A stretch of 63,984 nucleotides of DNA, filler included, from an uncultured bacterium (GTDB taxonomy: Bacteria > CAYJOG01): NCBI GenBank assembly GCA_964371695.1. It is 9 parts of 9 records of this genome, joined end to end, with 100 filler letters (N's around TTAATTAATTAA, not from the genome) between each part and the next. Parts side by side here need not be neighbours in the genome. Positions count along the whole stretch, not along the records: positions 1 to 7,439 come from CAYJOG010000134.1; positions 7,540 to 14,953 come from CAYJOG010000135.1; 7 more parts are not named here. One strand, 5' to 3'. Below the pieces are notes generated by a model. That model was not told the origin of the DNA. It ran no database searches and was given only the letters and a program-made list of their open reading frames with translations. Every line of letters starts with the position of its first letter. The stretch's first letter is position 1. Below, piece by piece: positions 1-12,236 of the stretch. The position numbers and the translations under genes are program-made.

Positions 1-28
1 GACCACACCAGCCCAAAACAGCCCCCAT

Positions 29-1333
29 TCAAGAAGCATCTTCGGCCCCCTCTTCCGTTACCGGAACCGGAGAAACCTGCACCTTCTGAATACGCGTGCC
101 GCGAATGTCCAGAACGTGAAACACCAGACCATGGGCGGTGACTTCCTCGCCGGGCCGGGGCAGGCGGCCCAGGCGCGTGGCCACCAGTCCGCCCACGGTA
201 TCCACTTCTTCCTCCTCCACCTGCACTTCCATCAGTTCGGCCACTTCGTGCAGCGGCGTCACGGCGTCCACCACCAGGGTGCCGTCCAGCTTGCGGGTCC
301 AGCCGCTCTGCTCGTCCTGGTCATATTCATCCTTGATCTCACCAAAAATCTCCTCCAGCAAATCCTCAATCGTCACCATGCCGTGGGTACCGCCATATTC
401 ATCCAGCACCATGGCGATGTGCACGGTTTTCTGTTGCAGTTCCCGCAGCAGATCCGCCAGGGGTTTGGTTTCGGGCACGAAATAAGCAGGCCGCAGCAGC
501 TCGCTCACCGGCCGGGCGGGTTGCTCCAGATTCGAGAGCAGGTCCTTGGCATAAAGCACACCCTGAATTTTGTCGATGGTTTCGCCATAAACCGGATAAC
601 GGCTGAAACCGTGCTGGGCCACTGTTTCCAGCCCGTGGGCCACCGTGGCGGTGGCGGGCAACGACACCATGTTCACGCGGGGCACCATGATTTCGCTCAC
701 CACACGTTCCTTGAAATCAAAAAAGCCCTCCACCATGTCGGCTTCTTCAGGCTCCAGCACGCCGGTGTTTTCGCCCACACTCACCAGGGTCTGGATTTCT
801 TCTTTCGTCACCGAGGGCGAATTGGCCAGCGACACGCCAAAACCCCGCAGCAGGGTTTCGCTCAGGGCCAGAAACACCACCACCAAAGGCCGCACCACCA
901 CGGTAAAAATCGCCAGAAAGGGCGCAGCCATCAGCGCCAGCCGCTCCGGGTCGCGAGCCGAGAACAACTTGGGCGTGACTTCGCCAAACACCAGGATCAC
1001 CAGTGTGGCCGCGAGGTCCAGACCCAGCACCACCAGGGTCAGGCGGTTTTCGGGCACACCCATTTTTTCGGCCAGGCCGTGGCCCAGCGACACCACCAGC
1101 ACACCCAGGCCGATGTTGATGAAGGTGCTGCCCAGCAGAATGCTCGCGAGCAGGTTGCGGGGTTTTTCAAGCAGCGAAAGCGCCACCAGCGCCCGGCGGT
1201 TGCGCTCTTTGGCGCGAGCCTGGAGCCGGGCGCGGGGCGCGCCAAAAAGCGCCGTTTCGCTGCCCGCAAAAAAACCCAGGCACAACACCGCCACACCCAT
1301 CAGCGAGAGCACAACGCCGAGCGGCATGTTCAC
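29..1333 (-). CDS. HlyC/CorC family (CNNM + CBS pair + CorC_HlyC) membrane protein
   Basis: [58 protein letters not shown] motifs; GTGA overlap with upstream gene. Confidence 0.93.
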   Translation of the reverse strand: MNMPLGVVLSLMGVAVLCLGFFAGSETALFGAPRARLQARAKERNRRALVALSLLEKPRNLLASILLGSTFINIGLGVLVVSLGHGLAEKMGVPENRLTLVVLGLDLAATLVILVFGEVTPKLFSARDPERLALMAAPFLAIFTVVVRPLVVVFLALSETLLRGFGVSLANSPSVTKEEIQTLVSVGENTGVLEPEEADMVEGFFDFKERVVSEIMVPRVNMVSLPATATVAHGLETVAQHGFSRYPVYGETIDKIQGVLYAKDLLSNLEQPARPVSELLRPAYFVPETKPLADLLRELQQKTVHIAMVLDEYGGTHGMVTIEDLLEEIFGEIKDEYDQDEQSGWTRKLDGTLVVDAVTPLHEVAELMEVQVEEEEVDTVGGLVATRLGRLPRPGEEVTAHGLVFHVLDIRGTRIQKVQVSPVPVTEEGAEDAS

Positions 1334-1938
1334 CGGCTCACCTCACGAAACCGTGCGCCGTACAGCCCCAGGGGCAACGTCAGGCACAGGCCCGTCAAAA
1401 TCCAGGGGGGCGAGTTCACGCCCACCACCAACCCCGCCCACAGGCACAGCAGCGCCAGCACCAGTCCGGTTTTTGCACGGTTAAAAACATGGTGCAGACC
1501 ATACAGCAACAGCGTGGCGGCCACGGCGGGCAGCGTGGCGGCCTGCCACAGGGGTTGCTTTTCGCACAAAAGCCGGAACGCGGCCGGCCCCAGCAGCGCC
1601 AGCCCCACCGCAGCGGCCCCCACGGCGGCCACCAGCACCGCACCGGCGGCGGCGTCCTTGGCCGCGCCAATCAGCGGGTTGTGATCGCGGGTGATGGCGT
1701 CGCAGGCGGCCTCCACGGCGCTGTTCACCAGCTCCAGGGACATCACCAGCACAAACAGCACCACCACGGCCACGGGCACAAAGGCGGGCAGGCGAATTTT
1801 CTGCACCGCCAGCAGATGACACACCAAAAGCACCACCGTGGCGGCGAAAAAATGAAACCGCAGGTGCGGCTGGCTGCGCAGACCCCACAACACGCCTTTG
1901 CCCGCGTCTACAAACGCCTTCACGCGGGGGTGCGTCAT
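1330..1938 (-). CDS. dgkA: Diacylglycerol/undecaprenol kinase (DgkA family) with hydrophobic C-terminal extension
   Basis: LELVNSAVEAACD...IGAAKDAAAGAVL motif; typical position after ybeY. Confidence 0.85.
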   Translation of the reverse strand: MTHPRVKAFVDAGKGVLWGLRSQPHLRFHFFAATVVLLVCHLLAVQKIRLPAFVPVAVVVLFVLVMSLELVNSAVEAACDAITRDHNPLIGAAKDAAAGAVLVAAVGAAAVGLALLGPAAFRLLCEKQPLWQAATLPAVAATLLLYGLHHVFNRAKTGLVLALLCLWAGLVVGVNSPPWILTGLCLTLPLGLYGARFREVSR

Positions 1939-2366
1939 GCCAGCAACGCCGCGCCCGAATGGGCGAAGGCTTCCTCCGTGAGCTGGTGCATCAGGTCGGC
2001 TTCTTTTTTCTTCTTGTGATCATGACCAAACAGGTGCAGCAGGCCGTGAATGAACAGGCGCACGATTTCCTGCCTCAGCGGCAGGGGGCTGCGGCGGCGT
2101 GCGGCCTGGGTGCTGATGGCGATGTCCCCCGCCAGCAGCACGCCGTCTTCATCAGGTTCCTGCATGGGGAACGACAACACATCAGTGGTGCGGTCGAAGC
2201 CCCTGAAGTCGCGGTTGAGCTGGCGCAGCAGGTCGTCTCCCCCCACCAGCACGTTCACGCGGCAGTCACCCCAGCCCTCGTGCCGGGCCAGAAAACGGGC
2301 GGCTTTCACCATGCAGGGTTTCAGCCCCCTGGCCTCGCCGGTGGTGTCTTCAAGCAGGACGTGCAC
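1935..2366 (-). CDS. ybeY: rRNA maturation endoribonuclease YbeY
   Basis: LNRDFRGFDRTTDVLSFP and IHGLLHLFGHDH motifs. Confidence 0.95.
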   Translation of the reverse strand: MHVLLEDTTGEARGLKPCMVKAARFLARHEGWGDCRVNVLVGGDDLLRQLNRDFRGFDRTTDVLSFPMQEPDEDGVLLAGDIAISTQAARRRSPLPLRQEIVRLFIHGLLHLFGHDHKKKKEADLMHQLTEEAFAHSGAALLA

Positions 2367-4506
2367 CGGCGCTTTTCCCTTCTCTGGCTTTGGTTTTGGT
2401 CAGTTCGGCCTGCAGGCCCTTTTCATAATTCAGGCGCTGGTGATGAATGCGCAGCAGGGTTTTGACGAACACCTGCCGAATGACATCGAGCTGTTGCAGG
2501 GTGAGGCTGCAATCGTCGAGCTGGCCGTCTTCCAGCTTGCCTTTGATCATGCGGTCCACCTGATCTTCCACCGCCTTGAGGGTGACGGTGGGCAGACTGC
2601 GCACGCTGGCCTCGCAGGTGTCGGCCAGCATGATGACGGCTTCTTCCATGGTCTGGGGCTTGGGGCCGGGATAACGGAACTGGCTTTCGTTCACCGTTTC
2701 GCCCTGGGCCTGGATTTTGGCCTTGTTGTAGAAAAAGCTCACCAGACCGGTGCCGTGGTGGGCGGGAATCACGCGGATGATGCTTTCGGGCAGGCGCGCC
2801 GCCCGGCCCATTTCAATGCCCTCTTTCACGTGGTTCACAATCACCAGAGCGCTGAGAGACGGCGCGAGGTCGTCATGCACCGACGCCTCGCCGGGGTTGA
2901 GGTTTTCGGTGAAAAACTCTGGCCGCCGGGTTTTGCCGATGTCGTGGTAATAACAGGCCACCCGCGCCAGCAGGGCGTCGCCCCCCAGGGCCTCTACGGC
3001 GGCGTCGCTGATGGCGGCCATGATCATGCTGTGGTGGTAGGTGCCGGGGGCCTCCACAAAAAGTTTGCGCTACAGCGGGTGATTGGGATTGGCCAGTTCC
3101 AGCAAGGTGTTGGCCGTGGCGATGTTGAAGAGTTTTTCGAACAGCGGCAGCGACCCCAGGGCCACCACCGCGCCAATGAGCGTGCTGGCCACCGCCACCA
3201 CCATGGCCCGCAGGGCTTCTTCCATGGGTTTGCTGTAGGACACCTCGGTGGCCAGGGCCAGCAACCCCGCCAAAACGGCGCACACGGCCCCCAGGCGCAG
3301 CAGGTCCTCGCGTGTGAAACGGGACTTGAAATAAACCAGCGCCATCACCGACACCACAAACGCAGGCAGCAGAAAACGCGGCGGAATGAGAAACACCGTG
3401 CCCAGCAGCACCACCTGAAAAAGCACCACCAGCCCGGCAATGGGCGGGCGATAAAGCGCACTCACCAAAAGGGCGTTGAACACCAGCAGACCCGTGAGCG
3501 CATAGCCCATATAGGCCAGCTTGATTTTCATGGCCACCGGCACGCTGGCGAAAAGCAGCAGGCCCGTCACCGTGGCCACCCAAAAAAATGCGTTGGTCTT
3601 GAGCAGGTTGGCGTCCAGCATTTCCACCAGCTTCACGAACAGCAGCAGAATCACCAGCAGCAGCACCCCCAGCAACACCAGCCGCCACGCCAGTTGGTTG
3701 GACACCTCGCGGGGGGCCTGCTGCAACAGCGCCACGTCATCCTGCGTGAGTTGCTGGCCCGCCCGCAAAAGCCGCTCCCCCGCCTGATAGGCCCGCGACG
3801 GCCCCTTGCCCCGCGCGCGCAGGCTTTGCAGGGTGCTGAGCAGATCCTGATGCGCGTCGGGCAGGGCAAAGGCGGCGGCGCTCTCAAGGGCCAGCCTTTT
3901 TTTCTCGCCCCGCAGGTCCCCGAAAACGCCTGTTTTTTCAAAACGTTTTTTGAGGTTTTCGGCAGACTGGGCCATGGGCAGGCCCTTTTCATACAACGCC
4001 GTCAGGCCGGAATGGGCCGCCCAGCGGATGTTCAGCCGGTCCTTCGCCGGCAGGGCCAGCAGGCGTTCCAGCGGAAACGTCGTGGGCAAAAAAGGTGAAT
4101 GCACCCGCACCAACCCCGCCGATTCCGCCCGCTCGGCGGCTTCCTCCACCACGCGGAACGCCTCGTTCAAACCACTCAGGGCCAGATTCCGCACACCTTT
4201 CACCCGGCGCACCTCGCCGGTTCCCGTGTGTTGCAGACGACCGAGGTCTTCTTCGCTGAAACGGCTCAGGGGGGCCCGCAGGTCAAAGGGCGCGTAAATG
4301 TCCATCAGCACCAGATCCCCTGCCTGCAGGCCCATCACGTCGCGCCGCAGATAAAACAGGCTGGTCACCGACAACAGGGCCACATAGGCAATGAACACGC
4401 CGCCCCACAGGCGGTTGCGCAAAAAACCGGGGCGCAGTGTCCACAGCCCCTGATTCAGGCGGTCATACACCGTGCGCCACGAGGGTTTGGTTTTTTTGAC
4501 TGTCAC
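2350..4506 (-). pseudogene. 7TM-HD (PgpH-like) membrane HD phosphohydrolase interrupted by one in-frame TAG at 3070-3072; pseudogene, read-through or base-call error
   Basis: ORFs 3070..4506 and 2350..3057 are in the same frame and read LLELANPNHPL*RKLFVEAPGTYHHS...YYHDIGK...HHGT...MLAD; canonical position between phoH and ybeY. Confidence 0.85.
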
Positions 4507-5522
4507 GGGGCAGCCTCGCCCTCGCCCGCCGCGTTTTCATAGGCGGCGACAATGCGCTCCACCAGCGGGTGGCGCACGATGTCGCCCTTGTTGAAATCCA
4601 CAAAACCCAGGCCCTGCACCTGACGCAGTTTGCGGCCGGCCTCCACCAGGCCGCTCACCTGCCCCTTGGGCAGGTCAATCTGCGACACGTCGCCGTTGAT
4701 GATGGCCCGGCTGCCCGGCCCCAGACGGGTGAGGAACATGCGCATCTGGTCGCTGGTGGTGTTCTGGGCTTCGTCCAGAATGGCCACGCATTGCGTGAAG
4801 GTGCGCCCCCGCATGAAACCCAACGGGGCGATTTCCACAATGTCGCGCTCCAGCAGGCGCTGGAGGTTTTCAGGCCCCATCAGCAGGTGCAGTGCGTCAT
4901 AAAGGGGCCGCAGATAGGGGTTGATCTTGGCGCTGAGGTCGCCGGGCAGGTAACCGAGTTTTTCGCCGCTTTCCACCGCCGGGCGGGTGAGCACAATGCG
5001 GCGGATGTCTTTTTTCTCGAGCCAACTCAGCGCCATGGCGGCGGCCAGATAGGTTTTGCCTGTGCCCGCCGGGCCAATGCCCACCACGATGTCGTTTTGC
5101 CGCATGGCCTTGATGAACGCCGCCTGATTGGCGGTGCGCCCCACCACCCGGCGGCCCCCCTCCAGCACGATGGCTTCTTCCAGCATGTCCAGCAGGCGAA
5201 ACCCGCTGTCGTGCCGCGACAGGGCATAGGCCATGTCCCGCGCCTTCACCTCCACGCCGCGCCCCAACAGGGTTTTGGCGTCTTCCAGCACATTCACCAG
5301 AGCGCTCACCCGGCCCGGCTGGCCCTTGAGCTTCACCACGTCGCCACGGGCGCTCATGGCCACACCGCTTTCTTTTTCCAGGGTGCGCAGTTCCACGTCC
5401 AGCGCCCCCACCAGCCTGAGCAGGGTGGCGTGGTCCTCAAAAGGCACCTCGGCCTCCAGCACCGCCCCCGGTTTTTCGGTGAGGGTCTGTGCAGGCGCTT
5501 TGTCGTCGGACATGGCGTTCAT
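4503..5522 (-). CDS. phoH: PhoH family ATPase
   Basis: GPAGTGKT Walker A, RPAVESGEKLGYLPG, MRGRTF, ILDEAQN; start placed at ATG 5522 because the longer ORF overlaps the HIT gene. Confidence 0.95.
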   Translation of the reverse strand: MNAMSDDKAPAQTLTEKPGAVLEAEVPFEDHATLLRLVGALDVELRTLEKESGVAMSARGDVVKLKGQPGRVSALVNVLEDAKTLLGRGVEVKARDMAYALSRHDSGFRLLDMLEEAIVLEGGRRVVGRTANQAAFIKAMRQNDIVVGIGPAGTGKTYLAAAMALSWLEKKDIRRIVLTRPAVESGEKLGYLPGDLSAKINPYLRPLYDALHLLMGPENLQRLLERDIVEIAPLGFMRGRTFTQCVAILDEAQNTTSDQMRMFLTRLGPGSRAIINGDVSQIDLPKGQVSGLVEAGRKLRQVQGLGFVDFNKGDIVRHPLVERIVAAYENAAGEGEAAP

Positions 5523-5533
5523 TGGTTTGACCT

Positions 5534-5887
5534 TCAGCCGGGGGGCCAGGTCATGTGACGCCCTCCCAGCAAATGAAAATGCAGGTGATACACCGTTTGT
5601 CCCCCGTGCTGGCCCATGTTGTTGACCACACGGTAGCCATTTTGGGGCAGATTTTTTTCCTTTGCGGTTTTTTGGAGTAATTCCAGGGTTTTCATCACGT
5701 CGGTCCAGGCTTCGTCCGCCACGGCGTCCAGGCTTTCCAGATGTTTGCGGGGAATCCCCAGCCAGTGCAACGGCGCCTGGGGGTTGAGATCGGCAAACAC
5801 CAGGCCCCATTCATTTTGCGCCACCACCTGTGCCGGAACCTGACCCGACGCCACCTTGCAAAAAATACACTCCGCAGCGGTAGCCAC
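5534..5887 (-). CDS. Histidine triad nucleotide-binding protein (HinT-like)
   Basis: CIFCK N-terminus, GQTVYHLHFHLLGG, WPPG C-terminus. Confidence 0.95.
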   Translation of the reverse strand: MATAAECIFCKVASGQVPAQVVAQNEWGLVFADLNPQAPLHWLGIPRKHLESLDAVADEAWTDVMKTLELLQKTAKEKNLPQNGYRVVNNMGQHGGQTVYHLHFHLLGGRHMTWPPG

Positions 5888-6001
5888 CCTGATTTCCTGC
5901 TGTCAGTCTGGGCCTTTCTGCCAGCGTGTTCAAGGGGGCGGCATGGGCGGTCAAAAAAGCTGGCGGCGGTCCCCGCGCCGCCTTACCATCCCCACCAGAC
6001 C

Positions 6002-6865
6002 ATGCAGGACTTCACCCTCGCCCTTGCCCAGATGACCCCCCGCCTTGGTCTGGTGGACCAGAATCTGGCGCAGGTGCTGGCGCTGGCCGAAGAAGCCAAA
6101 GGCGCGGGGGCGGATCTGGTGATGTTCCCGGAGTTGTGCCTGACGGGGTATTTTTTGCGGGACCTGGCCCGCGAGGTGGCCCTGCCCGCCGATTCCCCCC
6201 GTCTGAAACCCCTCTACAAGCTGAGCCACAAACTGGACATCGTGGCCAGTTTTGTAGAAGAAGCCCCGGACGGCCAGCTTTATATCGCCGCCGGTTATTT
6301 CAGCAAAGGGGCGCTGCTGCACCTGCACCGCAAGGTGTATCTGCCCACCTATGGCATGTTTGAAGACGCCCGGTTTTTTTCGGCGGGCCAGCACCTGGGG
6401 GCTTTTCACACCCCCCTCGGCCCCATGGCCATCCTGATCTGTGAAGATTTCTGGCATCCCTCCAGCACTTGGCTGGCGGCGCTGGATGGCGCGCAGGTCA
6501 TCCTCTGCCCCAGCGCCAGCCCCGCCCGCGCCCCCGAAGGCCACGAGTTCACCAACACCCGCTGGATGCGCAGCCTGAGCACCCTCATGGCGGGCAGTTA
6601 TGGCCTTTATGTGGCTTATAACAACCGCGTGGGTTATGAAGACGGCGTGGGTTTTGCCGGGGCCAGCCACGTGGCGGGGCCATCGGGGGACGTGCTGGGG
6701 GAGGCCCCCGTGCTGCGCGAAGAACTGCTGCTGTGCCACCTCAGCGCCCTGGCGCTGAAACGCGAGCGCCACCGCCTGCCCCTGCTGCGCGATGAAGACC
6801 CCTGGTTTCTGCAAAGAGAGCTGGGGCGCATTGTGAAAGGCAAAGAGGAAGGGGCGGATGAATAA
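6002..6865 (+). CDS. Nitrilase-family amidohydrolase, probable glutaminase partner of NAD synthetase
   Basis: E-K-C triad motifs [17 protein letters not shown]; overlaps nadE start. Confidence 0.88.
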   Translation: MQDFTLALAQMTPRLGLVDQNLAQVLALAEEAKGAGADLVMFPELCLTGYFLRDLAREVALPADSPRLKPLYKLSHKLDIVASFVEEAPDGQLYIAAGYFSKGALLHLHRKVYLPTYGMFEDARFFSAGQHLGAFHTPLGPMAILICEDFWHPSSTWLAALDGAQVILCPSASPARAPEGHEFTNTRWMRSLSTLMAGSYGLYVAYNNRVGYEDGVGFAGASHVAGPSGDVLGEAPVLREELLLCHLSALALKRERHRLPLLRDEDPWFLQRELGRIVKGKEEGADE

Positions 6866-7439
6866 CAAAACCCCTTTTGGCGATTTGCCGCAGGGCCTCG
6901 AAATCCTGGGCCGCCTGGACACCTGCGCCGCTGTGGTGGTGGACCTGCTCACGGGTTTTCTCAAAGAAAGCGCCGGGCGGGTGGGCATCCACAGCGCCGT
7001 GCTGGGGCTGTCGGGGGGCATTGACAGCGCGCTTTCCGCCGCGCTCTGCGCACGGGCGTTTGGCCCCGAAAACGTCACCGCCCTCGTCATGCCCTATGCC
7101 ACCAGCAACCCGCAGTCCGAGACAGACGCCCGCACCGTGGCGGACGCCCTGGGCATCACCCTGAAACGGGTGGACATCACCCCCATGGTGGACGCGTATT
7201 TCGACACCCTGCCCCAGGCGAGCGCCCTGCGCCGGGGCAACAAAATGGCCCGCGAGCGCATGAGTGTGCTCTATGACAAAAGCGCAGAGCTGGGGGCGCT
7301 GGTGATCGGCACCAGCAACAAAACCGAGATTCTGCTGGGTTACGGCACACAATATGGCGACCTCGCCAGCGCGCTCAACCCCATCGGCGACCTTTACAAG
7401 TTACAGGTCTACGACCTTTCCCGCCACCTGCAACTGCCC
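6858..7439 (+). CDS. nadE: NAD+ synthetase (3' end truncated by contig end)
   Basis: [39 protein letters not shown] motifs. Confidence 0.93.
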
Positions 7440-7539
7440 NNNNNNNNNNNNNNNNNNNNNNNNNNNNNNNNNNNNNNNNNNNNTTAATTAATTAANNNNN
7501 NNNNNNNNNNNNNNNNNNNNNNNNNNNNNNNNNNNNNNN
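7440..7539. other. Artificial contig spacer (N run-TTAATTAATTAA-N run); identical spacers at 14954-15053, 22444-22543, 29867-29966, 37332-37431, 44701-44800, 52059-52158, 59288-59387
   Basis: Eight identical 100-nt spacers carrying stops in all six frames; several genes are truncated at them. Confidence 0.98.
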
Positions 7540-7572
7540 ACGCGGCTTCGGTTCAAATCCTGTTTTTTTTGC

Positions 7573-7650
<78 letters not shown>

Positions 7651-7963
7651 AAAATCGGCAATCAGTGTAGCCCCATGGTTGCGAAGGCGCAAAGGTGGGC
7701 AAGGCTGGCCCTGGCCGCCGTCGTTCCTGCGCTTCCCCCGGCGTGGGTAACCCCCAAACCGGGNNNNNNNNNNNNNNNNNNNNNNNNNNNNNNNNNNNNN
7801 NNNNNNNNNNNNNNNNNNNNNNNNNTTCATTCCCGCTATAGCTGGAATCCTGTTGAAACCTACAAAACAATACTTTTTTTTTTTTCTTTCTGTTCTCTTT
7901 CAATGGAGCGTGCGTCCCGCCCGCCCCACTTCCAAAAGAAAAAGGGTTTTCGCCTTTGTCTGA

Positions 7964-7995
7964 CTGGATTCCCACTTTCGCGGGAATGACGGCGG
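7964..7995. repeat. Palindromic repeat family A (GTCATTCCCGCGAAAGCGGGAATCCAG); other copies ~7826-7852, 22367-22393, 29797-29823, 36947-36970, 44801-44811 (partial), 51781-51807
   Basis: Seven intergenic copies of an ATTCCC-N8-GGGAAT-type hairpin, often near contig ends. Confidence 0.9.
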
Positions 7996-8255
7996 GGAGT
8001 GAAAGCCGTCTTTTTTTCCAGTCTCCGATCTCCATCTATCCAACCTCCATCTTCCAACCTCCCCCCCCCTGTTGTCAGGCCCGGACATGAAAGATTCGTT
8101 TGGCTGTTTTTTGGTTTCGCAGCCCATCTATAATGCCCCTCCCTGCAATCTCCCGTTTATTACCCCGGCGCGAACACCGGCCCTGTGTTATTCACACAGC
8201 ATTCACTACAACTTCTTAACCTGCCCATGACCAACAAAACCGAGGAGGATTTTTT

Positions 8256-9257
8256 ATGAACCGATTCACCAAAGCCCTGGGGTTGGCCGCGCTGGCCACT
8301 GTCGGCGGTTTTGCCACCAGCGCCCGGGCCGCCAGCATTCAGGGCCTGCCGCCCGAACTGGCCCAGGCCATTGACGACCTTCAGGCCACCATGTATCCCC
8401 CCGTGATAGACACGGTGGAGGTGGGCGCGCCCGCCGCCGGTGCAGCCGTGCCGGTCAAAGCCAAGTTCAAAAAATCCAACGACAAGGGCGAAGGGGCCGA
8501 AGAAGCCGCGCTTTATTTCAGCACTGACGCCTGCAAAACCTGGACAAAAGTGGACATGTCCGGCTCTGGCGGCGAGTTCAAGGCCGACATCCCCGCTCAG
8601 GCCGCGGGCACCACGGTCAACTACATCCTCACCGCCAAGGATCTCAACGAAAATCTCTACACCGAAATCTCCTGCAAGGCAGTCGCGGCAGAGGGAGCGG
8701 ATTTCCCCGGTGATGATGGCTGGCACCCCCTGGCCGCCAACGAAGGCGAGCCAGACGGCACGCCGGAAATTGGCGACCCCACCGACGCGGACCTGAACAT
8801 GCTGGAGCCGCGCGTGGCCGTGAACGACGAGTTCATGTATTTCGAAATGAACGTGAAGGGGAAGATCAAGGACGGCACCACGTCGCCCATGAAAATTCAC
8901 GCCCACGCCGCCGGTGTGCTCAACCGCGACAACGGCGACGATGACCTGCTCAAGGGCATCGTGCTGGTTTACGCCCCCCTGGCCAAGCTGGCCAACTACG
9001 CCCCCTGCATGGCGGTGTATGAAAAAGGCGGCGCGCCCAATCTGGATCAGACCAACGCCAAGTGCAAAGCCGAAAACGGCCGCCTGCGCTGGCGCACCCC
9101 CCGCTCGCTCCTCGGCGAGAACAAATCGGGTCAGGTGAAAACCATGATGCTCACCGGCGCGATCACCGCCATCAGCCCCCTGGCTGGCAGCCTCAAGGAT
9201 CACACCCGCATCTCGCTGGTCAACCTCACGGCCCTGCGCAGCTACAAAGTGCCCTAA
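8256..9257 (+). CDS. Secreted hypothetical protein, probably beta-sandwich rich
   Basis: Strong SD (GAGGAGG), signal peptide ending ARA-A, host-like codon usage, four Cys, downstream terminator. Confidence 0.85.
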   Translation: MNRFTKALGLAALATVGGFATSARAASIQGLPPELAQAIDDLQATMYPPVIDTVEVGAPAAGAAVPVKAKFKKSNDKGEGAEEAALYFSTDACKTWTKVDMSGSGGEFKADIPAQAAGTTVNYILTAKDLNENLYTEISCKAVAAEGADFPGDDGWHPLAANEGEPDGTPEIGDPTDADLNMLEPRVAVNDEFMYFEMNVKGKIKDGTTSPMKIHAHAAGVLNRDNGDDDLLKGIVLVYAPLAKLANYAPCMAVYEKGGAPNLDQTNAKCKAENGRLRWRTPRSLLGENKSGQVKTMMLTGAITAISPLAGSLKDHTRISLVNLTALRSYKVP

Positions 9258-9279
9258 ACCTCTTTCCACCGTGTTTACG

Positions 9280-9309
9280 AAAAGCCGGGGCTTTGTCCCC
9301 GGTTTTTTT
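9280..9309 (+). terminator. Rho-independent terminator
   Basis: AAAAGCCGGGG-CTTTGT-CCCCGGTTTTTTT just after the 9257 stop. Confidence 0.8.
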
Positions 9310-9360
9310 GTGGCCGCCGTCCGGTTTGCCCAACGCCCTCGCCTGGGGTTCAATGACAGG

Positions 9361-10436
9361 GTGCCGGACAAGACCGTGCGGGCCATCTTCAATTCTTCTG
9401 CTCTTGCCGGGGGTCAGTGGTCCGTTGCCGGGTTGATGTCGGGCCTGGGCGAGGCCGGTTTGCTGGGCCTGAGCCTGCCTGCACCCCATGGCGGCGGCCC
9501 GCCGCTGGCCGCTGAANNNNNNNNNNGGCGCTGGGCGAAAACGCGCCGACGCTGGGGGCGCTGCTGTTCATCACCAACACCACCTACCGCCTGGTGCCCC
9601 TGCTGGCCGGGCACGGTGCGCCGCTTTTGCGCGAGCAGTTTCTCGGCCCTGCGCTTCCGGGGGACATGGTGGGGGGGCTGGCGCTGGTGGATGGTCGCAG
9701 CCGTTTCAGTCCCCAGGCCACGGGTCTCTCGGCGTATTGGTCGGAGCAGGACGGCGAGCCGGTGTGGCGGCTGAGCGGGGTGTTGCCCGCCGTGATGGGG
9801 GCAGACGCCTGTCACGCCCTGCTGGTGTTGTGCCGGACGGGGATAAGGCAAGACGAAGGGGGGCTGTCGCTGCTGCTCGTGCCCACGGACCTGCCGGGTG
9901 TGACGGTTTCCGCGCCCTGGGGCGCCAGCCCGGCAGACGGCCCCGGCCTGTGTCAGGTGTCGTTTGAGGGGGCCGCTGTGCCGGAGCACTTGATGGTGGG
10001 TGCGCCGGGCCGGGCGCTGGAGTTGCTGCTGAGTCCCCCGCCCCAGTGGTGGCTGGCCGAGGCCGCCCTGCTGGGCGTGTCTTTTCACGCGCTGAATGAA
10101 CTCACCCGCCGGGCGGCGTCCTGGCCGGTGCTTCATCACCGCCGGTTGGCCTATGAAACAGGGCGGTTGCGCTCAGAGGCCGAACAGGCGCGCCTGCTGT
10201 TTGAGCACGCCGCCGCCGGTGTTGATTCACCAGAGGCCCAGACCCGTTTTATTCAGGCCCGCTTGGCGGCCCGTGCAAACCTGCGCGGCGTGCTGCGATT
10301 ATGTCGCCGGGCGTTTTTCCCTTTGTGGCGTTTTGGGTTTCCGTGGGCGGCCCGGTTGTTGCGGGACTCCCGTCTGCTGTTGAACCCCCACGAAGACCTG
10401 GCCCTGCGGGAGCTGTTGCGGCGACAGGTGCCATAA
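9361..10436 (+). CDS. Divergent acyl-CoA dehydrogenase-like protein (spans N gap 9517-9526)
   Basis: GEAGLLGLSLPAPHGG, WRLSG, GGLSLLLVPTDLPGVTV, QVSFEGAAVPEHLMVG motifs; frame change coincides with the gap; start uncertain. Confidence 0.7.
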
Positions 10437-10467
10437 CCCCGCAGGCTTGGTTATACTCGCCCGGCTT

Positions 10468-10760
10468 ATGGACAAGGAACAGGTGCGACACATCGCCACG
10501 CTGGCCCGCCTGCATTACAGCGAGGCGGCGCTGGAGGCGTTCACCGGCCAGCTCAACGACATCCTCAAATATGTCGAGCAGCTTTCGTCGGTGGACACAC
10601 AGGGCACGGTCCCCATGGCGCAGCCCACGCCGCTGGTGAACGTGACCCGCGCCGATGTCACCCGCTCCTGCCTCACCCACGAGCAGGTTTTCCTCAACAC
10701 CCGCCACCACGAAGAGGGTTATTTTGAAGTGCCCGCCGTGTTGGCCGAGGAGGCCGAAGA

Positions 10761-10764
<4 letters not shown>
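10468..10764 (+). CDS. gatC: Asp/Glu-tRNA amidotransferase subunit C
   Basis: [25 protein letters not shown]; first gene of gatCAB. Confidence 0.93.

Positions 10765-12232
<1,468 letters not shown>

Positions 12233-12236
<4 letters not shown>

Noticed and set aside
9510..9530. Apparent frameshift in the acyl-CoA dehydrogenase-like gene
   Set aside because: Falls on a placeholder 10-N gap of unknown true length
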